Shown: positions 18,401 to 27,405 of the stretch, piece by piece
How positions within the stretch are numbered: the first letter of the stretch is position 1
How the letters are laid out: each line of letters opens with the position of its first letter
The notes under the pieces: model-generated
The model's input: the letters and a program-made list of their open reading frames with translations, nothing else
The model's database searches: none
Told to the model about the DNA's origin: nothing
Program-made: the position numbers and the translations under genes
Assembly (NCBI GenBank): GCA_963833985.1
Contig: CAWIAD010000002.1
Location: forward strand, 1,408,001 to 1,472,000
Direction: 5' to 3'
DNA length: 64,000 bases
Source of the DNA: an uncultured Planctomycetaceae bacterium
GTDB taxonomy: Bacteria > Planctomycetota > Planctomycetia > Isosphaerales > Isosphaeraceae

Positions 18401-20522
18401 CTGGACGCAAGACCAGTATTACCAGACGGCCGCGTATTTCGCCCAGGTGGGCCTGAAGGCCGACCCGGCGAGCCACGGGCGGATGGTCGGGGGGACGGAC
18501 GTGGAGTCTCCCAAGCCGCTCTACGAAATGGTGGCGGACACGGGCTCCGGCGAGGTGGTGCACGACCGTACCAAGCAGGTGGCCGCGCCGAAGCTGCCGT
18601 TCAAGTGCGCCTACCCGAAACCGGCCGCGGGAACCCCCAGGCGGGTTGAGCTGGCCGCCTGGCTGACGTCCAGCGACAACCCTTACTTCGCCCGCAGCTA
18701 CGTCAACCGGCTCTGGGGTTACCTGTTCGGCGTGGGCATCATCGAGCCGCTCGACGACATCCGCGCCGGCAATCCGCCGACCAATCCCGAACTGCTGGAC
18801 TACCTGACCCAGGAGTTCATCAAGAGCGGGTTCAACGTCCGCCACGTGATCCGCCTCATCTGCACGTCGCGGACCTACCAGCTCGCCATCGACGCCGGGC
18901 CCTGGAACGCCGACGACAGGACCAACTACTCGCACGCAGTCGCCCGCCGGCTCCCCGCCGAGGTGCTGCTGGACGCGGTCTACCGGGTGACCGGCGCGCG
19001 TTCGAAGTTCCCGGGCTTGCCGGAAGGAACCCGGGCGGCGGCCTTGCCCGACTCCGGCGTGGAGCTTCCCAGCGGCTTCCTGACCACCTTCGGCCGCCCG
19101 CCCCGCGAGAGCGCCTGCGAGTGTGAGCGCAGCAGCGGTCTCCAGCTCGGGCCCATCATGGCCCTGGTGAGCGGACCGACTCTGGCCGACGCCATCGCCG
19201 ACCCGAGCAACGAGCTGACCAGGCTGCTCACGCGCGAGAACGATGACGCCAGTCTGGTCAACGAGCTCTTCCTGCGCATCCTCAACCGCCCCGCCACGCC
19301 GGAAGAGATTGCCACCTGCCGCAACGACCTGAAGTCCATCGATGATGATCACCGCAGGCTGGCCGAGAACCTCGGCAAGCGCGAGGTCGAGTACGCGCTG
19401 CGGCGTCCCCAGCTCGAGCGCGAACGGCTGGCGGCGATCGCCAGGGCGGAAGCGGCGCTGGCGGCCCACGAGAAGGAACTGGCGCCCCGCCTGGCCCAGA
19501 AGGAAAAGGAAAAGGCGGCGCGTACCGCGCAGCTCCAGGCCGAGCTGAAAACCTACGAATCGACCGTCCTCGCCAAAAAGATGGCCGAGTGGGAGAAAGC
19601 CCAGGCCCTGGCCGTGCGCTGGAAGACGATCGAGCCGAAGTCGCTGGAGGCGATCGGCGGGGCCGTCCTCTCCAGGCAGCCCGACGGTTCGATCCTTGCC
19701 GGAGCCAAGAGCCCGTATCAGTCGGTTTACACCATCACGACCGAGACCGAGCTGACCGACATCACCGGCCTGCGGCTTGAAGTCCTGCCGACCGACTCGC
19801 TGCCGAACCACGGCCCCGGCCGTGCTCCCGACGGCAACTTCGTGCTCACCGAGATCGAGGTGCTCGCGGCGCCCAAGGCCAATCCCGGGCAGGTCAAGCC
19901 GGTGAAGCTCCAGACCCCGCTGGCCGATTTCAACCAGGACGGATATTCCATCGGCCTGGCGATTGACGGCGACCGCACCAACCAGGGGACCGGCTGGGCG
20001 GTCTACCCGACGATCGGCGTGCCGCACTGGGCCACCTTCGAGACGGTGCAGCCGGTCGGCAAGCCCGGCGGGACGATCCTGACCATCAAGCTCCATCACC
20101 GGTTCAACGCGCCCTATTACACGATCGGCCGCTTCCGGCTGGCCGTGACCCGCGTGCCCCGTCCCGTGGGCCTGGGGACGAGCGACGCGCTCCGCGAGAT
20201 CCTCGCCACGGTGCCCGAACTGCGCACCGAGGCCCAGCGCCAGATGCTGCTGAGCTACCACCGCGTGATGGACCCCGACTGGCGAAGCAAGCAAGCGGCC
20301 ATCGGCGCCAGCCAGGCTCCCTTGCCCGTCGATGCGGAGCTCGCCGCGTTGCGGGTTCAGCTCGAGCAGGCCCGCAAACCGGTGCCCGTGGATGCGCAGC
20401 TCGTGCAGTTGCGCCACGACGTGGAGATGAGCATCCAGCAAGCCGCCACCCGCCGGCTCACCGCCGCCCAGGACATTGCCTGGGCCTTGATCAACAGCCC
20501 GGCATTCCTGTTCAATCACTAG
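15438..20522 (+). CDS. DUF1549/DUF1553 (PSD1) protein with planctomycete cytochrome c and WD40 domains
   Basis: CQGCH, CNQGTCHG, FLRRV.LDLTGLPP, CNKCHDHP, FARSYVNRLW, ALINSPAFLFNH; start probably upstream (~15387-15393) across a frameshift. Confidence 0.92.
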   Translation: MALLPATALAGDQKPDSGSKAPARVSYDKQVRPILQAHCQGCHQPAKAGGAYVMTAFERMLKGGESGEAAIVPGKAAESHLIELVTPHDGKAEMPQNKPALADSEIALLTDWISQGARDDTPTNLGRRYDAEHPPEYTRLPVIPALAFSPDGSLLAVAGFHEVVLWKANGSEPAGRLVGLSERIESLAFSPDGKKLAVTGGQPSRMGEVQVWDVAKRKLTLSVPVTFDTVYGASWSPDGTKIAFGCTDNTVRAIDARTGEQVLFLGAHSDWAQDTVFSVDGSHLISVGRDMAAKLTEVATQRFVDNITSITPGALKGGLATVARHPQRDEIVIGGSDGEPKLYRVFRKTTRVIGDDSNLIREFPALPGRIYSVAVSTDGKRVAAGSSLDGFSGEVAVYNFDFDTALPENIKAINEKVVTARSAAESAALDAYHKQGVKLVSRVKVRAGGVYSVVFRPDGKVLAAAGGDGIIRLIDPEQGKILKEFAPVAVKTSSSVASAPVTAVPPKLDESVPTETLPRGASVVALDVQPKEIRLSNRFAYTQLVVTGRLSSGETIDATRMVEAKLSSEIVALGRSGLVRPLADGKARLTLSLAGKSVDVSLSVLGLATPVRVDFVHDVAPVLSRLGCNQGTCHGSAQGKNGFKLSLRGYDPLFDVRALIDDNAARHVNLSQPETSMMLAKPTGALPHVGGALMQPGEPYYEVLRSWIADGGRFDATTPRVARIQIFPADPIVPRIGGKQQFRVLATDAGGEVRDVTREAFIETGNMEVATTSRSGLATALRRGEAPMLARYEGAYASTTLTVMGQRDGFAWAQPPSYSRIDELVAAKWRRMKILPSGLCSNTDFLRRVKLDLTGLPPTSDDVRAFLADPRDSREKRAALVDRLIGSPDYVEYWTNKWADLLQVNRKYLDVAGATALRSWIRGQVAANTPYDVFVRSIVTAAGSNKDNPPAAYFKVLREPAAIMENTTQLFLAVRFNCNKCHDHPFERWTQDQYYQTAAYFAQVGLKADPASHGRMVGGTDVESPKPLYEMVADTGSGEVVHDRTKQVAAPKLPFKCAYPKPAAGTPRRVELAAWLTSSDNPYFARSYVNRLWGYLFGVGIIEPLDDIRAGNPPTNPELLDYLTQEFIKSGFNVRHVIRLICTSRTYQLAIDAGPWNADDRTNYSHAVARRLPAEVLLDAVYRVTGARSKFPGLPEGTRAAALPDSGVELPSGFLTTFGRPPRESACECERSSGLQLGPIMALVSGPTLADAIADPSNELTRLLTRENDDASLVNELFLRILNRPATPEEIATCRNDLKSIDDDHRRLAENLGKREVEYALRRPQLERERLAAIARAEAALAAHEKELAPRLAQKEKEKAARTAQLQAELKTYESTVLAKKMAEWEKAQALAVRWKTIEPKSLEAIGGAVLSRQPDGSILAGAKSPYQSVYTITTETELTDITGLRLEVLPTDSLPNHGPGRAPDGNFVLTEIEVLAAPKANPGQVKPVKLQTPLADFNQDGYSIGLAIDGDRTNQGTGWAVYPTIGVPHWATFETVQPVGKPGGTILTIKLHHRFNAPYYTIGRFRLAVTRVPRPVGLGTSDALREILATVPELRTEAQRQMLLSYHRVMDPDWRSKQAAIGASQAPLPVDAELAALRVQLEQARKPVPVDAQLVQLRHDVEMSIQQAATRRLTAAQDIAWALINSPAFLFNH

Positions 20523-20552
20523 TGCATCGCTGAGCAACCTGGTCTTCCGGGC

Positions 20553-20969
20553 ATGGGTGTTCCATCATCAGTCGAGGCACGCCGGTTCTACCGATGTGCG
20601 ATTCAGAGGCTCGAAGAAGCACAGATCTTGCTCCGGGCGGATCGTACGACCGGAGCGGTCTACCTGGCCGGTTATGGAATCGAGTGTATTCTGAAATCTC
20701 TGATTCTTTCTGCCGTTGTCTCTGGGGCAGCCGTGTCGGTCCTGCAATCTTTCCGAGGGAGCCGCGCCCATGATTTTGAGTGGTTGAGACAGCAGTACAT
20801 CGACTCTCATGGTCCGGACTTTCCTCGTTCCATCAACATCCAGTTCACGTTTGTCAACGACTGGTCCACGGAGTTAAGGTACAATCCGGGGAACCTGAAA
20901 GCGGATGATGCCGTGGATTTCCTGGCTGCCGCCGAAGAGATCATTCGCTTTGGCAGTGAGAGACTTTGA
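20553..20969 (+). CDS. HEPN-domain protein (putative toxin)
   Basis: AVYLAGYGIECILKSL...HDF..L...W.TELRY pattern. Confidence 0.75.
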   Translation: MGVPSSVEARRFYRCAIQRLEEAQILLRADRTTGAVYLAGYGIECILKSLILSAVVSGAAVSVLQSFRGSRAHDFEWLRQQYIDSHGPDFPRSINIQFTFVNDWSTELRYNPGNLKADDAVDFLAAAEEIIRFGSERL

Positions 20970-20970
20970 A

Positions 20971-21294
20971 ATGTCGATCGAGATTTCACGGGGCAAGACC
21001 GATTCGATTCTCGAGGAGATACGGACAGCGCTGATCTCCTTTGAAACAGACCGTCCCGACGCGAGGATCGACCTTTATCGACACAGCTCGGCATCAGTTC
21101 GCGTGCGAATCATCGATCCTGGTTTCGACGGCATGAGCAAGAAGCAGCGGAATGACCTTGTGTGGAAATACCTGGAACCCGTTTCGGAAGATGCGCAGGG
21201 TGATATCAGCATGTTGGTACTCCTGACCCCGGATGAGGTTGAGAAGTCGATGGGAAACCTGGAGTTTGAGGACCCCGTTCCAACGCGACTCTGA
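20971..21294 (+). CDS. Hypothetical protein, putative partner of the HEPN protein
   Basis: Translationally coupled; SVRVRIIDPGFDGMS..QR.D.VW.YL. Confidence 0.7.
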   Translation: MSIEISRGKTDSILEEIRTALISFETDRPDARIDLYRHSSASVRVRIIDPGFDGMSKKQRNDLVWKYLEPVSEDAQGDISMLVLLTPDEVEKSMGNLEFEDPVPTRL

Positions 21295-21385
21295 TGGTGA
21301 CATCATGCGCATTTGCCGAGATCACGTTTCGAAGCATTCTGAGCCTTACCTCTCCTGATCGTTCTGCCATTCAAGGAGCCACCCG

Positions 21386-22872
21386 ATGATCATCGTCCCC
21401 GGAGGAGCAGGCAAGGACCTGTGTGATCCGCAGCTTGGCATGACCCGGCGCGACATTCTCCGCGTCGGCGGTTCGGGGCTCCTGGGTCTGAGCCTGGGCT
21501 CGATGCTCCAGCTTCAGGCCGCATCGGCGCGGGCCGCCGACGTCCCGGGCGGCAAGACCGCCGGCCCTCCGGGATGGGGCAGGGCCAAGAGCATCATCAT
21601 GCTCTATCTCCAGGGCGGGCCCAGCCACCTCGACCTCTGGGACCCGAAGGACAACGTCCCGGACAACGTGAAGAGCGCGTTCAAGAAGATCGCCACCAGG
21701 GTACCGGGCATGGACGTCACCGAGAACCTGCCCCGGCTGGCACAGCTCACCGATAAGTTCACCTTCATCCGCTCGATGAGCTACACGCCCAACGGCCTGT
21801 TCAACCACACCGCGGCCATCTACCAGATGATGACCGGCTACACCACCGACAAGGTCAGCCCCTCGGGCCAGCTCGAGCCTCCTAGCCCCAAGGACTTTCC
21901 CAACTTCGGCTCGCAGATCATCCGCCTGCGGCCACAGAACGTCCCCATGCTGCCGTTCGTCATGCTGCCCAGGCCCTTGCAGGAAAGCGGCGTCGTGGGC
22001 AAGGGCGGCACGGCCGGCTTCCTGGGCAAGGCGTTCGATCCCTACACCCTCTACCCGGAGGGTGATGATATGGACATGACGAAGATGGATCGCATCAAGG
22101 TTGACGACCTCCAGCTTCGGCCCGAGGTCTTCGCGCTGCGGCTGGAGCGGCGGGCCCGCCTGCGCGACGCCCTCAGTGCGGGCATGAAATCGATCGATTC
22201 GGCCGTTTCGGACTACAAGCTCAACGAGTACTACGACCGGGCGCTCAGCCTGGTGGCTTCCGGCCGCGCCCGCGAGGCGTTCAACCTCCAGGCCGAGCCG
22301 GCCGCGATCCGCGACATGTATGGCCGCAATACCTTCGGCCAGAGCTGTCTGCTGGCCAGGCGGCTCATCGAGGCCGGCACGAAGGTGGTTGAGGTCATCT
22401 GGCCCAAGGTCGCCAACTCCGACAATCACTCGTGGGACCACCATGTTGACCTGACCAACCGGATGCGCGATCGCTCCGGACCCATGCTGGACCAGGGACT
22501 CTCGGGCCTGCTCACCGACTTGGAGCAGCGCGGGATGCTCAAGGACACGCTCCTTGTGGCCGTCGGCGAGTTCGGCCGCAGCCCCCAGAAGGGCGTGAGC
22601 ACCTCCGGCAACGGCAACAGTGCCGATGGCCGCGACCACTGGCCGTACTGCTACACGGCCGTGATTGCCGGCGCGGGCATCCGCCGCGGGCATGTCCACG
22701 GCAGCTCCGACAAGACTGGCTCCGCGCCCTGACCGACCCGGTGCATCCCGGCGAGCTGCTGGCCACGATCTACCACGCGTTCGGCATCGACCCGGCCACC
22801 ATGGTGCTCAACCACCTGAACCAGCCGCGCGAGCTGGTCAAGGCCGAGGCCGTGACCCGGCTCTTTGGATGA
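21386..22872 (+). CDS. DUF1501 family protein (frameshift near 22728)
   Basis: Tat-like [43 protein letters not shown]-terminus [19 protein letters not shown] in the shifted frame. Confidence 0.92.
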
Positions 22873-22889
22873 GGGTCGGTCTTCCCGCC

Positions 22890-23363
22890 ATGCCGTCACG
22901 AGCCAACCTGCCGGCAATCCTTGCCGTGTGCCTCTGTGCCACCCTGGTGAATGCTCAGGAGCCCGCGCAGGACGAGCTCCGGCAGCACCAGGGCACCTGG
23001 GCCGCCGTGTCGTTCCGGCGTGACGGTCAGGACACGCCCGCCGACATCGTCCGGTCGATCACGCGAACCGTCGAGGGGAAGCATGTCGTCTGGAAGCGCA
23101 ACGGCAAGAACTTCGCCGGGACAGCCCTGGAGCTTGACCCCGCGCAGCATCCCAGAGCCATCGACGTCAGCGCCGACGGCGGCCCGATGCGCGGCAGGCG
23201 CGTGCTGGGCATCTACAAGCTCGAGGGCGACCGGCTCACGCTCTGCATGGCTGACCCCGACAGGCCCCGGCCGCGAGAGTTCCGGGCGGATCAGGGCTCC
23301 GGTCAAACGCTCATGGTTTTTCAGCGGAAGGGGAAAGGAGAAGCCAGGTCTTCGAGGCCATGA
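22890..23363 (+). CDS. TIGR03067 planctomycete domain protein
   Basis: Signal peptide, QGTW, LDP...PRAID, GIYKLEGDRLTLC, RPREF. Confidence 0.88.
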   Translation: MPSRANLPAILAVCLCATLVNAQEPAQDELRQHQGTWAAVSFRRDGQDTPADIVRSITRTVEGKHVVWKRNGKNFAGTALELDPAQHPRAIDVSADGGPMRGRRVLGIYKLEGDRLTLCMADPDRPRPREFRADQGSGQTLMVFQRKGKGEARSSRP

Positions 23364-23379
23364 GCCCTGCGCCACGCGC

Positions 23380-23455
23380 TTTTCTCACCGCGCAAGATTG
23401 CAATGCGTCGATCCGCCGGAAACCGCTCGATTGCATGGCGGAGCATGCCGAGGGC
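23380..23455 (-). pseudogene. Remnant of a DNA alkylation repair gene 3' end
   Basis: Translates MLRHAIERFPADRRIAILRGE versus [21 protein letters not shown] in the intact gene. Confidence 0.7.
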
Positions 23456-23494
23456 ATGATGGAGATCGACTCACCGTCATGGCGTTCAGGGCAA

Positions 23495-23710
23495 TCACGA
23501 TGTTCGACCCCGGCTTCGCGTCAGCGCCTTGCGGGCGTCGGCCGTGGCGTCGGCGAGGTCGTCCAGTTTGCCGCGTGCCTGGAGATGGTCGTCCAGGCTC
23601 CTCGACCTCTCCCGGGTCCAGGCCTGGAAGGCGAGCACAAGCGGCTTCGGACCGATGATCCCCGTTTGGAGCGCGAGCAATCCGAAGTGAGGATGGCGGT
23701 CGGCGGCGAT
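23495..23710 (-). pseudogene. Remnant of a planctomycete Ser/Thr kinase N-terminus
   Basis: IAADRHPHFGLLALQTGII...LVLAFQAWTRERSRSLDDHLQARG. Confidence 0.65.
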
Positions 23711-23777
23711 CAGTCTCCTGACCTGGTGTCCGGCCCGGCTTCGGCCCCCGGCTCCGCAAGCAGCTTCCTGTACCGAC

Positions 23778-24518
23778 TCAGCCCACTTGCAGGGCGCGGC
23801 ACGTTTGTTCGTAAGCGGCTTCCAGGTCCAGCGACACGACCAGGGTTTCCGTCAGCCAGATGTACAAAGGCGGCAACGATTCACCGACGACGAGCGGCAG
23901 GGCCCACGTGTCCAGCTTTGTCTTTCGGCCCGCCTGGCGCTTGCGACAGGTCGCCGCATAGATCGGTGGCGGGTCGGGGGACATCAACGGGTCCACCTGT
24001 CCCAGGAGGGTGAGCAACTCCGTGTACAGGTTGAACCGGCGTACGGTCACCAGATCGACCACGGAGACGCAGACGTCGTTTCGCAGCAGGTTTGCACACT
24101 TCGCGATGAACAGTTGGCGACTCTCCGCACGGTCCTTGTTGGCCGGGCTGACGATCTCCACGGCCGCCACCAGCTTGCGGTCGCGCGTCTGATCAAAGAT
24201 CAGGACTTCGTAAACATGCTGATCCGGGAAATCGACGTCGACCGTGAGATTTGGAGTGGGCAGCGCCAGGGTGGCCATGGCCGCGCCGTCATGCCTCACC
24301 GGATCCGGATCGGAGTGCCAATCCCTCTCACTACCCTTATCGAACGTGCATACGTCGATCTCGAAGTACGTGCCCACATGAACGCGCGGCTCGGCCGCGA
24401 AGCCCTTTGGTAATTTGGGTGCGAGATCGAGGACCATCATCATCGGCCAACCGCCATGGAAGCCTTCCCAGGAAGCCTGGTTCCACACCGGCGGCCGGAA
24501 GTGGTCTCTGAGCGGCAT
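23778..24518 (-). CDS. DUF4058-like protein
   Basis: [10 protein letters not shown]...[41 protein letters not shown]. Confidence 0.85.
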   Translation of the reverse strand: MPLRDHFRPPVWNQASWEGFHGGWPMMMVLDLAPKLPKGFAAEPRVHVGTYFEIDVCTFDKGSERDWHSDPDPVRHDGAAMATLALPTPNLTVDVDFPDQHVYEVLIFDQTRDRKLVAAVEIVSPANKDRAESRQLFIAKCANLLRNDVCVSVVDLVTVRRFNLYTELLTLLGQVDPLMSPDPPPIYAATCRKRQAGRKTKLDTWALPLVVGESLPPLYIWLTETLVVSLDLEAAYEQTCRALQVG

Positions 24519-24536
24519 GAGGATGCTCCTTTGACG

Positions 24537-24547
24537 CATTCTATCAG
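24537..24547 (-). promoter_or_regulatory. Extended -10 (TG-A-TAGAAT) of the second DUF4058 gene
   Basis: Identical 11-mer to 14290-14300. Confidence 0.6.
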
Positions 24548-24566
24548 GATCGGCCAGGTCCAGCGA

Positions 24567-24705
24567 GCCGGCTTCCTGGGCAAGGCGTTCGATCCCTACA
24601 CCCTCTACCCGGAGGGTGATGATATGGACATGACGAAGATGGACCGGATCAAGGTTGATCACCTCCAGCTCCGGCCCAGGTCAGACGCTCATGGTTTTTC
24701 AGCGG
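24567..24705 (+). repeat. Chimeric duplicate of a DUF1501 internal segment and the TIGR03067 3' segment
   Basis: 24567-24677 matches 22013-22123 (5 mismatches seen); 24679-24705 matches 23301-23327 (1 mismatch). Confidence 0.9.
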
Positions 24706-24743
24706 CAGAGGCAGGGAAGAACTTCCGCACCATAGACTTGCCT

Positions 24744-25454
24744 TTATGTACCGCTCTCGCCGCGCAGGATCGCCTTGCGCATGGGCTCCGGAAACCGCTC
24801 GATCGCGTAGCGCAGCATCGTCCGGGGCATGGCCCCGGAGTGCTGCCGGACGAAGGCCTCGAGCGCGGGATGATCGCGCTTGCCGACCTCCCGGAGCATC
24901 CAGCCGGCGGCCTTGTGAATCAGGTCTTCGCGGTCGCCGATGAGTCGCTCGGCGACCCGTAGCGTGTCGGCGAATTCGTGCCGGCGAATGAAATGGAGGG
25001 TAGCGACGATACTGATGCGCCTTTCCCAGAGGCTGCGGGAAGCAGCCAGGCGGTCGAGCGGCCGGCGGTCGCGATCGGCCAGGTAGCCCCCCACGATGGC
25101 AGGCGCCGAGCAATCGACGAGATCCCAGTTGTTGATGTAGAGCGTATGATCGAGGTAAAGCCTGTAGATCTGCTTTTGCAGTGAGGGCTCCGCTCTGGCT
25201 GCCCTTCGGACCAGGATCAAAAGCGCCAGCAAGCGGTCCTCGTGGACCTTCGAACGCAGCAGCAGCAGGACCTGGTCGAGATCCAGAGCCTGGAATTCCT
25301 TCGCAAGACTGCGGAGTACGGGAACGCGGAGACCGAGGAAGATGTCGCCCTCGCCGTACTGGCCCGGACCCGTCTTGAAGTAGCGAGCCGCGAAAACCGC
25401 TGCCTCAGGGTTGCCGAGCGCGCGTAAGCGGTCCTGAACCTCGTCTGCCATCAT
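24744..25454 (-). CDS. DNA alkylation repair protein (AlkD-like)
   Basis: [51 protein letters not shown]. Confidence 0.9.
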   Translation of the reverse strand: MMADEVQDRLRALGNPEAAVFAARYFKTGPGQYGEGDIFLGLRVPVLRSLAKEFQALDLDQVLLLLRSKVHEDRLLALLILVRRAARAEPSLQKQIYRLYLDHTLYINNWDLVDCSAPAIVGGYLADRDRRPLDRLAASRSLWERRISIVATLHFIRRHEFADTLRVAERLIGDREDLIHKAAGWMLREVGKRDHPALEAFVRQHSGAMPRTMLRYAIERFPEPMRKAILRGESGT

Positions 25455-25541
25455 GAGTTTTCGATCCGAATTCGATGGCGTGGCGCACCGGGTCCGGGAT
25501 ATGGTTGAAGAATCACACTCACCGGTCTCGGGGCGAACGCC

Positions 25542-26591
25542 ATGTCCGACGTTGCCGGCCGCGGTCCTCATTTTGGCCTTCGCACTCAGCTCTTCGAAGA
25601 GCAGGTGCGGGAATTCCTCAAGATTCAGGATGGCAACGTGCCGGGCCCGCTTGCGGCCGAAGCACACGCACGCCTGGGCCAGTCGCTGCTGCTCCGTGGC
25701 CACAGGGTCGAGGCGATGGAGCAAGCCACACAGGCGCTGGAGCTTGACCCAGGCGAGCCGCTGGCCCATCACGTGCTCTCGCTGGCGCTCATGCGGCCTT
25801 CGTGGCCGCGCACCCGGCAATGGGACGCCGCGATCGTGCACGCCGAGGCCGCGATCCAGTCGGAGCCGTCGAATTCCGTGTACCGTTTTCAGCTCGGTTT
25901 GCTGTACCTCAATCACCCCAGAGCCGCTGCCGGAAGGAAACGGCAGATGGCCGCGAAGGCACTTGAGGTGGCCGAGGCCGGGCTGGCGATTCATCCCGAC
26001 TGCTCGTATTGCCAGCAGATTCGCGCGCAGGCTCTTGCAACGCTGAACCGCCGCGTTGAGGCAGAGCAGGCTTTTCTGGGAGCCCTACGCGAATCTCCAG
26101 ACGACGCCTACCTGCTTGTGCTTTTCGGCCGCTTCCTGATCGAGAGCGGCAGACTGCAAGAGGCAGAGCGCGTCCTCGACAAGGCCGTTCGATTGCAGCC
26201 GGGCAGCCGGTACTTCCGCTTTCATCGGAACCTCGCGCGGCTCGCCGGCGAGTGTCTGGCGGGGGGGGCCAGGCTTGCACTCTTGCTGGGGCTGGTCCGG
26301 CCGCGTCCACAGCTCGCGCAAAGGGGCGGCCCGGCAGTCGCGGAGGAGCTGATCCCGAACTGGCCCATCGGCATGGTTCTGGCAGTTACGGTTCTGGCGC
26401 TCACGCGGGTCTTCCTGGATCTGGTCGGCGACCGGGAACCTCTGCTGTTTTGCATCCCGGCCAGTATGCTGGCCATCTCGGCCTGCGCGATCTTCGGTAG
26501 GTACGGCCGCCGGCTCGGCGATCACGGCCGGTTGACCACCGGCGCCGTGATGGGTTCGCGTCGCTCATGTGGCTCTGGGGCTCGTTCCTGA
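25542..26591 (+). CDS. Tetratricopeptide-repeat membrane protein (may extend to 26788 across a frameshift)
   Basis: ALELDP, GLAIHPD, ALRESPDD, AVRLQP repeats followed by hydrophobic segments. Confidence 0.75.
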   Translation: MSDVAGRGPHFGLRTQLFEEQVREFLKIQDGNVPGPLAAEAHARLGQSLLLRGHRVEAMEQATQALELDPGEPLAHHVLSLALMRPSWPRTRQWDAAIVHAEAAIQSEPSNSVYRFQLGLLYLNHPRAAAGRKRQMAAKALEVAEAGLAIHPDCSYCQQIRAQALATLNRRVEAEQAFLGALRESPDDAYLLVLFGRFLIESGRLQEAERVLDKAVRLQPGSRYFRFHRNLARLAGECLAGGARLALLLGLVRPRPQLAQRGGPAVAEELIPNWPIGMVLAVTVLALTRVFLDLVGDREPLLFCIPASMLAISACAIFGRYGRRLGDHGRLTTGAVMGSRRSCGSGARS

Positions 26592-26784
26592 TGTTCCAGT
26601 GGCCCGCGCACATCTCGGTCGCGGTCAGGCAGTCGTGGCCCGGGCGCCATCTGGGCCTGGAATTCGAGCTGATGCGCGGACTTGGCCGGCTGTCGATTGC
26701 TGGCATGGTGCTCTTCGTGCTGGCCGTGCTTTGCCTCGGCTTGATCAATGCCAATTCGTCTTCGCGACTGGAAAGAGAAGAGCA

Positions 26785-27075
26785 GTGAGCCTGACCTTGG
26801 ACGTCGAGAAGACAGGCAACCTGGTCGAGGCCGGTTTCTGGATCAGCTTCGGGCTCGTCGTCCTGCTCGGTCTCTGCAAGCGAGCCCGGCGGGTCACGGC
26901 TTTCACCATCATCACGGCAGCGATCATTGTTCTTTTCGGAGTCTCCGACCTTGTCGAAGCCCAGACAGGCGCGTGGTGGCGTCCCTGGTGGCTTCTGGTC
27001 TGGAAGGCGGATTGCCTGGCGGGGATGGCGCTCTGTTTGTGGACGTTCCTGCGTGTCAGATCAGAGCCGGGATGA
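26785..27075 (+). CDS. Small membrane protein
   Basis: GNLVEAGFW...FGVSDLVEAQTGAWWRPWWLLVWK. Confidence 0.7.
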   Translation: MSLTLDVEKTGNLVEAGFWISFGLVVLLGLCKRARRVTAFTIITAAIIVLFGVSDLVEAQTGAWWRPWWLLVWKADCLAGMALCLWTFLRVRSEPG

Positions 27076-27092
27076 AGCAATTCGAATCCGCT

Positions 27093-27390
27093 TCAGCCCG
27101 CCTCGTCTTCCATGTGAAACCCCGCAGCCACGAGGTCGGACAGGGCCGAAATGGCTGCCTCCGCGTCCGGGCCGCGCAGCTTCGAGCTCGAGCGTCTGCC
27201 CGCGCTGCGCTGCCAGGCTGAGCATGTCCATCACGCTTTTACCGTTGGCCTTTCGTCCGTCGTGCAAGACGGACACGTCGCCCTGAAACGTGCTTGCCAG
27301 CTTCACGAACCGGGTCGACGGGCGCATGTGCAGCCCGTAGGTATTCACGATCGTCACCTGCCGGCGTGCGACGTCAGCGTCGCTGTTCAT
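27093..27390 (-). CDS. ptsH: HPr family phosphocarrier protein (frameshift near 27177)
   Basis: IVNTYGLHMRP, ANGKSVMDMLSL; GPDAEAAISAL in the shifted frame. Confidence 0.85.
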
Positions 27391-27405
27391 GTTCCGTCCC
27401 CTGGC

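Noticed and set aside
17085..20537. 1150-aa minus-strand ORF and other long antisense ORFs (e.g. 39054-40724, 57453-58715)
   Set aside because: These are shadow ORFs of GC-rich genes on the opposite strand, with no recognisable motifs.
24567..24677. Diversity-generating retroelement TR/VR pair with 22013-22123
   Set aside because: The mismatches are T/C, C/G, C/T, G/C and T/C, not adenine-specific, the target is mid-gene, and there is no reverse transcriptase.
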